From: Lama glama
Lineage: Eukaryota
Assembly (NCBI GenBank): GCA_028534125.1
Contig: CM052816.1
Coordinates: forward strand, 52,206,001 to 52,270,000
DNA: 64,000 bases
Reading direction: 5' to 3'
The notes below the pieces were generated by a model. It ran no database searches and had not been told where the DNA came from. It was given only the letters and a program-made list of their open reading frames with translations. Made by a program: the position numbers and the translations under genes. Within the stretch, counting starts at the first letter, position 1; each line of letters starts with the position of its first letter. Shown piece by piece: positions 1 to 13,479 of the stretch.

Positions 1-416
1 ACCATTTGCAGCAACATGGATGAACCTACAGATTATCATATTAAATGAAGTCAGAGAAAGACAAATATCATATATCACTTATATGTGGAATCTACAAAAA
101 AAATACAAATTTTATTTACAAACCAAAAATAGACTCACAGACAAAGAAAACAAACTATGGTTACCAAAGGAGAAAGAGCAGGAAAGGGATAGATTAGGAG
201 TTTGGGATTAACAGATACACATTATTATACATAAAACAGATAAACAAGAAGAACCTCCTGTATAGCACAGGGAACTATATTCAGTATCTTGTAATAATCT
301 ATAATTGAAGAGAATCTGAAAAAAGAACATATATATATGTATATGTATAACTGAATCACTTTGCTGTACACCTGAAACTAACACTGTAAATCAACTACAC
401 TTCAATTCTAAAAAAA
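1..416 (+). mobile_element. L1 3' end (cetartiodactyl-type 3' UTR)
   Basis: gcagcaacatggatgaaccta...gtatagcacagggaactatattcagtatcttgtaataa...tgctgtacacctgaaactaacac...A tail. Confidence 0.85.
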
Positions 417-819
417 TACATATATTAGCATGCATTAGCCAGTTCCTTTGACATAATGAGTACTTAATAAAAATAATACACAACTGGAAAAAAAATGGAA
501 TGCTATCATAAGCATGGAGGACTTAATTGGTTCAGGCAGTACATTAAAGACACAGAGAAATACTGAATCAAAATATAATCAAAAATGCTTTCTTCTAGAG
601 ATCCCCTCCAAAAAAAGGAAGTCCTAAGGGCCAAAAACAATTAGAAAAACACAGCTGTAGATGGGAGATGACACCATAAAGAGCCATGCACAGAGAGTAG
701 AATATACGAAGATCCAACGTACTTCTGGTTGGAGTTCCAGAAGAGCACAGGGAGAGGCAGTATAGAAAGAGGGAATGGCTGATAGGAATAATCAAAAGGA
801 CAGCTTAATCTGCAGAAAA

Positions 820-1000
820 CTTTCTAGGTTGGGCACTATTTCAAGCACTTTACCTTTACATTAACTTATTTAATCCTCACAATACTATAAGGTAAAAACT
901 CTTACTTCCCCTATTTTAAAGAAAATGAAACTGAAGGACAACACGATTGAGTAATCTGCCCAAAGTCACTAAGAAGAAAGCCAATTTTCTAAGCCAAACT
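820..1000 (-). mobile_element. MIR SINE fragment
   Basis: MIR core-like tttaatcctcacaa...attttaaagaaaatgaaactgaagg...gcccaaagtcac. Boundaries approximate. Confidence 0.6.
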
Positions 1001-1849
1001 CTATGTCACAAGACCACACTGTTTTATTGCTTGACTTTTGAAACTCTACCACTCCATTCTAAACATAGATACAAATCAGCCTTAGACTCCACAGAGATGT
1101 GGACTATTTGCCTATTCATTATGTCCATTATGTGAAAAAAATAAAAATTACATGTGGTCGGTAAACATAGGAAAAATTACATACTCTCAGTGCTAACCAG
1201 AGCAAATTAAAATGTGACAAAGGCAGTCATCAAATTTGGTAAAACCCACATATGATATTCAAACTATCTTTGGTACTCCAAATGGCTTTTAAAGCTCATT
1301 TGATGAGTAAACATTTAGAAATATCCCCAGGCAATGCTGCCTGCCGGACAAAAAATCAGTTTTGGCAAAGTCTCTATGGAATGTTTTGACATTCTACTGA
1401 ATTTTAACTTTATTGTTTTATAAAAATAAGGGGAAATCAGAAAATGAAAGTGTTGATTCAACTGATCAACTTTAGTCTCAATTCATCTAAATTAATCAAA
1501 TATACACTCAGTTATGAAGAAAAATTAACAAAATCAAAGATATAAACTATGGGAAATATAGTTTTAAAAGACTACCCTAAAAATCTTTAGAGATTTTATT
1601 AACTTTTTCAGTTCTCTGAGAGCAGCACCCCTTATCAGTCCACTTGTGTGACTTTTAATTATTCAGGTCTGAGCACACTGTCAGAAAGGATTAAGAACAA
1701 AATAAGGGGAATTCATGCAGAAATTTTCATCTATCCAATTGGCAGAGATTATTTCAATGATCACTCCTCATGTGGGCAATGGCTCAAATAACCCACCAAT
1801 ACTATAGTGGGGTTAGCATAAATTGTTATTACCAATTCTAGCAAGCAAT

Positions 1850-2500
1850 CAAGAGCTTTATGAATGTTTATACCCTCTCACCAATTAATTATACTTTTAA
1901 CAATTTAGCTTAAGGAAACAATCAGAAATATACACAAATATTTCTACGCATGGATATTCACCATAGCAATATTTGTAGTACTGAAAAAAATGAATACAAC
2001 ATAACAAAAGGGGAATGGATAAATTATGATCCATTTAAATGACCAAATGTTCTGTAGTCATTGTGTCTGCATGAATACCCACTGAAATATTGGCACATGA
2101 AATGATAATTTTTCTAGGATTTACTTCAAATTAATAATCCAGGGAGGGAGGGAGTAGAGTTACAGATGAAATGAGACTGGCTGGTTGAGAAATATTAAGC
2201 TGGTTGATGGATTCACAGGGTTCACTACACTATTTGGTACAGTTCCATAAACATCTGAAATTTTCCATAATAATGTTAAAAAAAATGCGGAATTTTAAGT
2301 AAAAAACAGGATATTAAGCTGATTTTACAATATGAATCCAAGTTTATAAACAAAAGGTGATATACATACACAGAAATAATACACAAAAATGTTTAATGGT
2401 AGTTATCTCCAGGTTATAGCCTATTATTATTTTTATGGTATTTTGCTTGTTTAACTCTCAACTTTTCCTAAATGAACATGGGTTAGTGTTATAATCAGAA
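1850..2500 (+). mobile_element. Old L1M 3' fragments
   Basis: Degenerate L1M 3' UTR motifs (ggatattcaccatagcaatatttgtagta, gggggaatggataaattatg). Confidence 0.55.
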
Positions 2501-3320
2501 AAACATATTATGAAAGCTACTTTGAAAGAATTTCAGTTCAACTGAAAAAGGAACATTCAACTCTAAGAACAAAGAAACATATGGAACTTCACTTAGTTTG
2601 ACTTTACAACTTATTTGTCAACCTAACTAAATGGAAATCATCATGTGCTCTCCTGCCTCATCTAAAGTACAAATTTCTCAACATAAAAAGTCCTCTTCAC
2701 TTGAGCCCCAGCCCAACTTTCCAGTTTCTCCTCCGATCAAATTCAAGAAACTGTATAGAACCTTCCTTTCACATCTGTCTCGTAATACATCATGCTTTGT
2801 GAGTCCAGTTAGGTCTGTGCACCTCTGCCTCTCCTGCTGGATTATAAAGCCTGCCAGACACACATCACAACCACATCTTCTTTCTCGTGTGCCATGGTGC
2901 CTAACATACTGCCTCGTAAATGAGAGGAGGGACCTTAGACCTAACAAATTTAACTACTGGACTCAGCCACAAAGTGAGACTTGCAGCACAGATAAGGCAT
3001 TTCCAAAATTTTATAAACTTTCTAAGGAATGACTGTCCCCAGAAACTGAAGATTAATTACCAAATAATATCATTAAATAGTATCATAAACACTTTAATTA
3101 TCAAATAATACCATGAAATATCATAAACACTCAACTTCTAAAGTCGTATGTTAAGGTGATATTATGTATAACTTTGTTTTTCTTTTTTGGAATTTCTACC
3201 TACTACTGTTGGAATAGTATTGTAAATAAAAACTTTTTCAACAATGTTGGTAATCATCAATTTAGGAATCAGATCTAAGTTCGAGAATCACCACTATTTT
3301 CCAGCAATATGCCGACTCAC

Positions 3321-3487
3321 CTAACAGCCGTGGCTCTGCGGATGAGCGTCTCCGTTTGCTCCGACAAGTCTGAGGGAAGCAGCAGCTCCACTGGCTGCAG
3401 GCTCAGTATCCGAGTTTCTAGCTCTGAACGGGAAGCAGAGTCCTGGAAACTGTCCAACACAACCTCACCTGTGGCAGGCTGCACTCC
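3321..3487 (-). CDS. MSH3: MSH3 exon 8 (gene continues beyond the left edge of the window)
   Basis: ttttag|GGAGTGCAG...GCTGTTAG|gtgagt. 167 nt, [55 protein letters not shown]. Confidence 0.95.
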
Positions 3488-4980
3488 CTAAAAACAAAAA
3501 CATAACGGCACAGAAAATATGTACTTTTCCAATTCCAACCATGACAGCATAAACAAATATGGAGACATTAAAGGTAAGACACTCACTAACATGCACTTCC
3601 ATTTCTAAAGTGTTTGAAAACCTCTCTGCTTTCCAAGACTCTGACATCAGAAGTCACATTCACCCTGCCAGATGGAATTTTAGAGAGACATTCTGAATCC
3701 AACCAAGTCCTGGATCTAACGCACCAGAGAATCACTGTGACATGTCACCAAACCTTCCTGGGCCCCAGGCTCCTCCTCTGTAAGTGAGAATAAACCAGTC
3801 TACTTGTCTCATAGAGTTATTGTAAGCATCAAATCAGAAAACAAACGAACACTCCATAATAGTAGTTGTTATTACTAAAAGTAATGTGATATCTTTCAAG
3901 TAATCTGGCCACCAGAATAGTAATAAGCTACTATTTCATTATATAAAATTAATTAATAAAAAGTGTAATTTTTGCAAAACACAAAATCAAATATAACAAA
4001 CTCTGAGTAAATCTCATGCAGTCAGTCAGTCTATCCAGGGGAATAACTATGATAACTAAAAGTCATCTCCATCACCCCAAGACAGTAACAGCAAAGATAA
4101 CCTGGAAAAGACCATGGTGTGGAAGAAGAAAAAAAAAGGCAAGTAATTTACTCAAGGTTGAGGGGCAATTAAGTGGTGGAGGCAGGATTTATATAGTCTG
4201 ACTCCACAGGCCACGCTCTTATCCACTACTGATCATTAAGAAAGACATGGGGCTAGTGTAATACAGACTGCACTGGTTAACAGGAGGGAAAATAATCAGT
4301 CCCTACACTCATCCATGGCTGGTGGAGAGTCAACCGACAGCCTCTTCAGAAAACAGCCCAACATTTTTTAGGAAAGTTGAAAACACCCATATTCTCTAAC
4401 TCAGCAGTTCTTCCCCCAGGAATATACTCCTGAGAAACTCAGGCATGTGTATACGTACAGAAAGGTTTATAGCAATGTTCTTTGTACAACCAAAAACTGG
4501 AAACAATCCACATGTCCATTAATAGAAGAATAAATAAACTATAAATTGTAAAGTGAAACACAACGTAGCAGTGACAATAAAAGGACTACCACACATGTAA
4601 ACAAATTGCACCTACAAAATGGTAAACAAAGGAAGCAAGAACCAAAAGGATACATACAACAGTTATATACAGTTTAAGGTGGTAAAACTGGAACTAAAAG
4701 CAAGGACATTATTATCGTAAAAGTGTGGATTATAGTTACCTTTGGAGGGAGGGGCCCCTCTGTGAGCAGTGTTTTATTTCTTAATCTGGGTGATCTTTTC
4801 TGTACATTAAGTATATTACACTGTAAATTTCTGTTTTATGCATTTTTGACTATTTTATAATTTTTAAAAATTGTTCACTTTTAGCTCAAGGAAGTTCCTC
4901 AAATCTAGCCCAAAGGCATTCTCTAGTGGCTAAAGAGCCAGACCATAAGTGAGACATTTATATATATATATATGCGTGTG

Positions 4981-6090
4981 TCTAAGTGAAGTAATCCAGA
5001 AAGAGAAAGAAAAATATCATTACGATATCACTTATATGTGAAATCTAAAAAAAAGATACAGAGGGTAGGGTATAGCTCAGTGGTAGAGTGTGTGCTTAGC
5101 ATGCAAGAGGTCCTGAGTTCAATCCCCAGTACTTACATTAACAAAAAATTTTTTTAATAAATAAATAAATAAACCTAATTACCTGCCCTCACCAAAAAAA
5201 AAAAAAAAAAAAAAAACCTCCTTAAAAAAAAAGTGGGCACTCATCATTTAAAAACAAGACACAAATGGAAATACACACAAAATGTTATGATAAATCACAG
5301 AGAAAAAAATGTGACAATGAGTGTGTATATGTCCATGAATGACTGAAAAATTGTGCTGAACACTGGAATTTGACACAACATTGTAAAATGATTATGAATC
5401 AATAAAAAATGTTAAAAAAATAAAAAATAAAAAAATAAAGGCTAATACTCAAAAAGAAAAACAACACACAAATGAACTTATTTATAAAACAGAAACAGAC
5501 ACAGAAAATAAACTTAGAAAGGGAGTGGGGAGAGATAAATTGGGAGTTTGTGATTTACAGATACTAACTACTATATGTAAAACTGGTAAACAACAAGTTT
5601 CTACTGTATAGCACAAGGAATTATATTCAATATCTTATAGTAATCCATAATGAAAAAGAATATGAAAAGGAATATATGTACATATATATATTGTATATAT
5701 GACTGAAACATTATGCTGTACACCAAAAATTGATACAACACTGTCAACTATATTTCGATTAAAAAAATTTTTTTTAAAAACAGAAAACAAAAATACAAAG
5801 CAGGAACAGACTCATAGACATAGAATACAAACTTGTGGTTGCCAGGGGGGCAGGGGGTGGGAAGGGACTGGGATTTCAAAATGTAGAATAGATAAACAAG
5901 ATTATAATGTGTAGCACAGAGAAATATATACAGGATCTTGTGGTGGCTCACAGCAAAAGAGAATGTGACAATGAATGTATGTATGTTCATGTATAACTGA
6001 AAAATTGTGCTCTACACTGGAATTTGACACCACATTGTAAAATGACTATAACTCAATGGAAAAAAAGTTTATATATTAAAAAAAAATTTT
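4981..6090 (+). mobile_element. Nested cluster of L1 3' ends with an embedded SINE
   Basis: An L1 3' UTR (4981-5060, resuming near 5465-5770) is interrupted by a SINE (5061-5216) and a short L1 tail (~5268-5440). A further L1 3' end follows (~5790-6085). Confidence 0.8.
5061..5216 (+). mobile_element. tRNA-derived SINE (camelid vic-1-like)
   Basis: A box tagctcagtggtagag, B box gagttcaatcccc, tail aaataaataaacctaattacc, and a 23-nt poly(A). Confidence 0.85.
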
Positions 6091-7367
6091 TTTTAAGTTT
6101 ATCTCCCAATCTACAAACCAAATTTACGGAAGCTATTTACGTAAGTTCAAGCAATAAATTTATCAGCCAAATTCCTCAGGAGACAGGTGCAGCCTAGACC
6201 TGGAGGCCCGGATGTCACCAGCCCAAAAGTGGCTGCTGGGGTAGAGAAAACGCCGGACGCACAAACTATCACTTCTCTTTTTCTCCTACTGCGGGCCAGT
6301 TGGTACACTGTGGTTAACTTTGGCAGTACGCCACAGGGTATTTCTAAAACCACTAAAGGGGAATTGTTTACTATCAGCTCTGTTCCTCAGACTGAGTTTC
6401 AGGTAAATATAAAATAGCATTACATTTGTTGAAGCTTAAAAGCAAATAACCTTACTATTTGTAGACAGGTTCAACTGCCTGCAGCTAGATAAAAAGTGCT
6501 TCTCAAGGATAAAAAAATCATTTAGAACCATTCAACAGACATGCTAACTCCCTGAGAGAAAGGCTTATTGGTTAAGCAAATGTCAAGTTAGCACGAGGTT
6601 ATGCAGCCAGAATGAGGTATTAAAAGGTACTTTGGAGACATTTGGGTTCTAAGAACTTTTGTTGACATTGGAGCTGAATGCAAAAGTTATAAAAAGCAAA
6701 GAGAATTAGTTATTACTTAGGCAAGGAGTCCTGCTTTTGCTTAACAGAACAAGGGAGTCTGACAGGCCCTAAAAAGTCTCAGATTTTGAGCAGAGTCCAG
6801 GGAGGTCTGTAAATGGGCAAATCTGCTCACAAATTGCCAGGAGCCATGATCAATAAAACTATGATTCACAAATTATACTTATCTGGAAATTGACTATAAG
6901 TATTCCTAATACTGATTAAATATAAGTTTTGAATCGGCCAGCTATCATTTCCCCTTAACGATCCTTTTCTCTTAATCTAGACATGACATTTGTGTTTAAC
7001 TTCAAATCCCTAGAGGGAATCTGTGAGACTCTCTGTTACCCTTGCATGTGTTGACTTAAGGGTTTTATTCTGCTGTCTGTACAGTGTCCACACACACGCC
7101 TGCCACTGTGTCTCTCTTCAACCCTGAATCCTAGAGCCCACAGACAGAAGCTATCAGGATCTCTCCCAAGCATAGGGTACCAGGAGGCCATGTGAGAAAA
7201 TTATAACTAGTAATTTAACATATAAAATTATGAGGAAAATGTTTTTCTAGAACAATTACGTGAGGACACAAGTAATCAGACATCCTCATTATAAACCATC
7301 CACGATTACCCATATTTAAAGACACCACGAACATCTATCATTTGTTCTTCACCTACAAAGTACTTAC

Positions 7368-7513
7368 CACAATTCCAATGAAAATGGTCCCCTTTTTTTT
7401 GTCCTTAGCATTTTCCTTATTTTCACAGATACATAGAAGATAGCTGGTAGAACTATCAGTAATTATCTCATCGACATTTACAGCATCATCCAGCTTGACT
7501 AAAGGATTCACAT
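7368..7513 (-). CDS. MSH3: MSH3 exon 7
   Basis: tattac|ATGTGAATCC...ATTGTG|gtaagt. 146 nt, (D)[48 protein letters not shown]. Contains the A8 run. Confidence 0.95.
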
Positions 7514-9315
<1,802 letters not shown>

Positions 9316-9549
9316 TTATGAAATATTTAAAATAAATAAATTATCCCACAATGTCCAGATGGAAGACTTTAAGTAACAGATATCACAGGGACCTTGCAAG
9401 TGTGGAGAAACCACTAAGAAACACTTTATCCCAGAGTTGAAAAAAATTTTTACCCTTAATATCTAATACATTCAAAACTCATGAACATAGTGCTAAAATT
9501 TATGACAAACTTTAATTTTCTCCAAAATGCCAAATTCCAAAACCAATTA

Positions 9550-9741
<192 letters not shown>

Positions 9742-11391
9742 CTAAAAAAATGTAAAGACAAAGTATCAATAAATTTCTATTTCAAGATTCCCTGTGTGGT
9801 GTTTGTTCTCTCTGTTAAAAATCCATCCAGTTATACATTTAGAATTGCTGTACTTCTCTGTGTGGTGTTATCAATCAAAAAATCTAAAAGAAACTCCCTG
9901 TGGAGAAGCCTGTATTTTAATCTTTTTTTAACAGAGTCCATGGCCTAACTTCAAGGCCAGTATCTATATCTATAAACGACTCAGAAAAATATGACAAGTC
10001 TTCTTCTATATCCTTAGATCTATCAAAACCTTAAAGTGCTCAATTTTCTCTGTACATGGACAATTCAATAGAGAGCAAGAGACTGTAATGGAGTAAGAAT
10101 TTGCTACTCAGCACACAGAAATAACTGAAAATTAGGAGATACTACAGAGTACACGTAAACGATGCACTCTACTTAGAGAGAGGGCATCTTTAAGGAAGTG
10201 AGACGAGAACCCCTGTTCTGGTGAGCTAATTAATGATGCAGGAGTGAGAGGAATGCAGAATCCGGCAGCACCAACTGACTCTCTTACTTTTCTCTGAAAA
10301 GCACCATGGCTCAGATATTGGCCATTGTAGCCAAAGAACTGTTGTTATTCCTACACTCTCGCTCCCGTACACCACCCACCTCTGCACTGTATTAGTTCAT
10401 CACTGCAGGGCAAGAAAACCTCACTCTTTGCTGTGGCCAAGGCTGAATTCAGCACTCAACCCAGAGAGAACGGCAGAGAACAGCACTTCCTTTCATCCCT
10501 TCACCTCCAAGAGGCCAACTATGTTGTTCCCGTCTGCAGGAAATATGCAGATGTCATTTCAAAGTCTAATTTCACGACACAGAAGACAGCACGATGCCGT
10601 GTGAATCCGAGAACACCACTTTCCTGCCACAGGATTTAGAAACTGTAAGGAAAGAAACTGGCCAAGTCTTCACTTCCCATCCCTAAGGTGGTGGACGTAC
10701 CACCCCACCACCGTCTGATGATGGATGATCCCGCCAGGCCTCAAACTACAGAATCATCAGTCATGATTTCAACAGAGCGCCATCAGCAACACTTCGCTAA
10801 GCTTGCCCTTAAATGCTCAAATTTACTTTTAACCTTCCTAACTTAGGTCTACATCAAATACCTCAAATTAAATACAAACTCAACTTAGACTAGGAGAGCA
10901 TGGCTGATATACAGAAACCTGTAAGACTTCAGACACTTATTGGTGGCTGGCAGAGTTACTGTGCTCTTCCACTGAGATTTAACTATGCTCCGGGCTAAGA
11001 AAATTCATAAATCAAGGACAAAAAGAGGAATTTCTGTACATCTAAATTTTTTTTCTTGCTTGAGTCTTCATTAGGAACACTTGCATGATTATGATTCATT
11101 CACTTAAACATTCGGTCCATTCACGATCAACTCTTGATGGTTGAAAGGTCCTAGAATAGGATCATGGAGGATAAGACATTCCAACCTGGACCCCTGACCT
11201 CCTTCCCTGCAAGTCTAGCATCTACCAAGTTTGCTTGTGTTTATTTTTAGTTTTTACTTTAAATGAAAGCATTTTTAAAAGGTTAATTGATCACATTAGC
11301 TTTTTCATAAGCTCAGAAAATGAAACAAAAACACTGGAAAATATGTAAGGCTACACAAGAAAAACACAAAATAGTATCTGAAAAGACTCAC

Positions 11392-11598
11392 CTCTGCATC
11401 TTCCCCAAAGAATCTATACTTATATCCACATTCCACACACAAAACTGCATCTTTCTGCTGCTGCTTTATTTCTAAGTATTGTAATTCCAATGGTGTGTAG
11501 ATGCTTTTGGTCCGTTTATTAGATGGTTTAGAGTCAGAAGTTTTCTGTAAGTTTTCATAACTCCTATGTGATGATCCAAAATGACTGAGTGTCTTGTC
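11392..11598 (-). CDS. MSH3: MSH3 exon 4
   Basis: tgccag|GACAAG...GCAGAG|gtgagt. 207 nt, ...[42 protein letters not shown], the start of MutS domain I. Confidence 0.95.
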
Positions 11599-12384
11599 CT
11601 GGCAACCAAAAGATTTTTATAGTTCAAAAAGTATTAACCATAATGATAGTTCTCGAGAGAGAAAGAAAGCAAATTTGGCACAAAGCTAACAATTGGTGAA
11701 TCCAAGTGAAAGGTTTCCAGAAGCATATAGTTTATTCAGACAAATTTTCTTGTAGGTTTGGAATTTTTTCAAAGTAAAAGACTGAAAAAAAAATGAGCCA
11801 CACTAAACTCCTGCTTAATTACTCAAGCAAATTTTAAAAGCCTAAACTAAGTTTTAATATATTTCTTTTTAAATTTGATTTCATTAAACCTATCATAATA
11901 ATTTTTTTCCTTATTTATTCCTAGATGTATAAAGCACAAAAAGTCATGAGGCAGGAATCTCTCTCTCTCTCTCTCAGCAATAAGGCAAAACCACTTTCAA
12001 CAAGCATGTCAGCAGCTAAAGCTGCACTTAATGTTTAAATTTCCAAGTACAGCTTAAATGATAGTATATTCCACAATCTTTATTCCAAGAAAAATCACAA
12101 CTTTTTTGGTAAAGAGATATGAGGAAGAGGTTTTGGAAAGCATAAGGAACAAGCTTACATTTTCAACATTAGTATTCCTGCCAGCCATACGTTTTTATAT
12201 GAAAATCATAGCTAAATCCAATAACAACTTAGAGCAAATTCCTTGCTTATGAGAAAGAGTGTGAACTTCTGAAAATCAGATACAAAACTGTGTTGGTCTG
12301 GGTATTTTTCTGAGTAAAGAACCCATAATTTTCATTAGATTCAAAGAACTAAAAAAAAAGTAAAGAAATATTTCTCTAATTCAA

Positions 12385-12705
12385 TGGCTCTCAACCATGG
12401 CTATACATTAAAATAAGAGCTTTTGAACAACATCCATGCCCAGTTTATCATGAAACCCAACTAAATATGATTCTAAAGAAAGGTTCTTACTATTAATACT
12501 GTTTTTAAAGTTCTCCAGGTGATTCTAATTTTTTTATTGATGTACAGTTGACATACAATACTATGTTAATTTCAGGTGTACAACATAGTGATCTGACAAT
12601 CAAATATATTACAAAATGATCATAAGTCTAGTAGCCATCTGTGATTATACAAAATTATTACAGTATGGTGATTCTAATTTAAAGCTGGGCTGAGAGCCAC
12701 TACTC
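12385..12705. mobile_element. MER5A-like hAT MITE interrupted by an L1 3' tail (12532-12666, minus strand)
   Basis: caatggctctcaacc...ttctccaggtgattctaat...gctgagagccac. A 14-bp direct repeat ggtgattctaattt at 12518-12531 and 12667-12680 flanks the L1 fragment. Confidence 0.75.
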
Positions 12706-12977
12706 TGAATTGCAGATTTCAGTGATGGATCAAGAGTTAAATTACCTGACTTTGCAATGGTGAAAAACACTAAGAATCACAAAACAGTGGAAGAAAGGAA
12801 CCCATATGCATTTAGTTTACCTTTGAATTTACTTAATTTCAGCCAAGCTTTCAACTGAAAACCTCAAAACATCTCTATAAATTATCATGATTTTCCAGAC
12901 TAATCATGGAAACTATAAAGAGGACTATAAGAAACTATACTTGTATTAATTAATCAATAAAGAATCTCCCCCAAGTC

Positions 12978-13170
12978 AGTGGCCCCTAATCCAGGCTATA
13001 AATCAGAATCACCTGGGAGGCTTTTTTGTTTTATGTTGTTTTAATAGAACCAATTCATCCCGCCTTAACAGATAGTAAATCAGAATCTCCAGGTATTTAA
13101 AAAACAAAAAACTAAAAGCAAAAGCTCCCTCAGATATTTTAAATGCTCAGCCAAGTTTGGGAACCACTGC
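12978..13170. mobile_element. MER5A-like hAT MITE
   Basis: cagtgg...tcagaatcacctgggagg...aatcagaatctcc...agtttgggaaccactg, with CAGTGG/CCACTG termini. Confidence 0.7.
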
Positions 13171-13255
13171 CTTGAGTGAATCCACAAAACCTAATGGCCC
13201 TTCGGAACCTGCAGCTCTGGGTAACTAGATATTCATCCATATAACAGTTACATAC

Positions 13256-13479
13256 CTTTTGACTAATCTGAGATTTGGACTCTTCAGAAGAAACTGCATT
13301 CCTTGCACGCAGACGATCGATATCCTCAAAATCAGTGCATTTTGGCAGCACTGCACATCTCTCCTTAAGAGGCTTGGTCTGAACTCGATTTTGATGAAGG
13401 GCAGAATTACGGTAGTAGTATTCTTTCAATTTTTCCAGAGAGTGTGAAACAATCCTGGTCTTCAGATGTTTCTTTGGCT
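13256..13479 (-). CDS. MSH3: MSH3 exon 3
   Basis: ctaag|AGCCAAAG...CAAAAG|gtatgt. 224 nt, (E)[33 protein letters not shown]...[11 protein letters not shown]...ISQK. Phase is consistent with exons 2 and 4. Confidence 0.93.

Noticed and set aside
5061..5135. tRNA-like sequences, also at 20564, 54564, 61347 and 63220
   Set aside because: They have A/B boxes but also A-rich tails, TSDs and mutated stems, so they are SINE heads rather than tRNA genes.
10687..10712. Inverted repeat ggtggtgg...ccaccacc
   Set aside because: 8-bp low-complexity arms, too short for a miRNA or structured RNA and plausible by chance.
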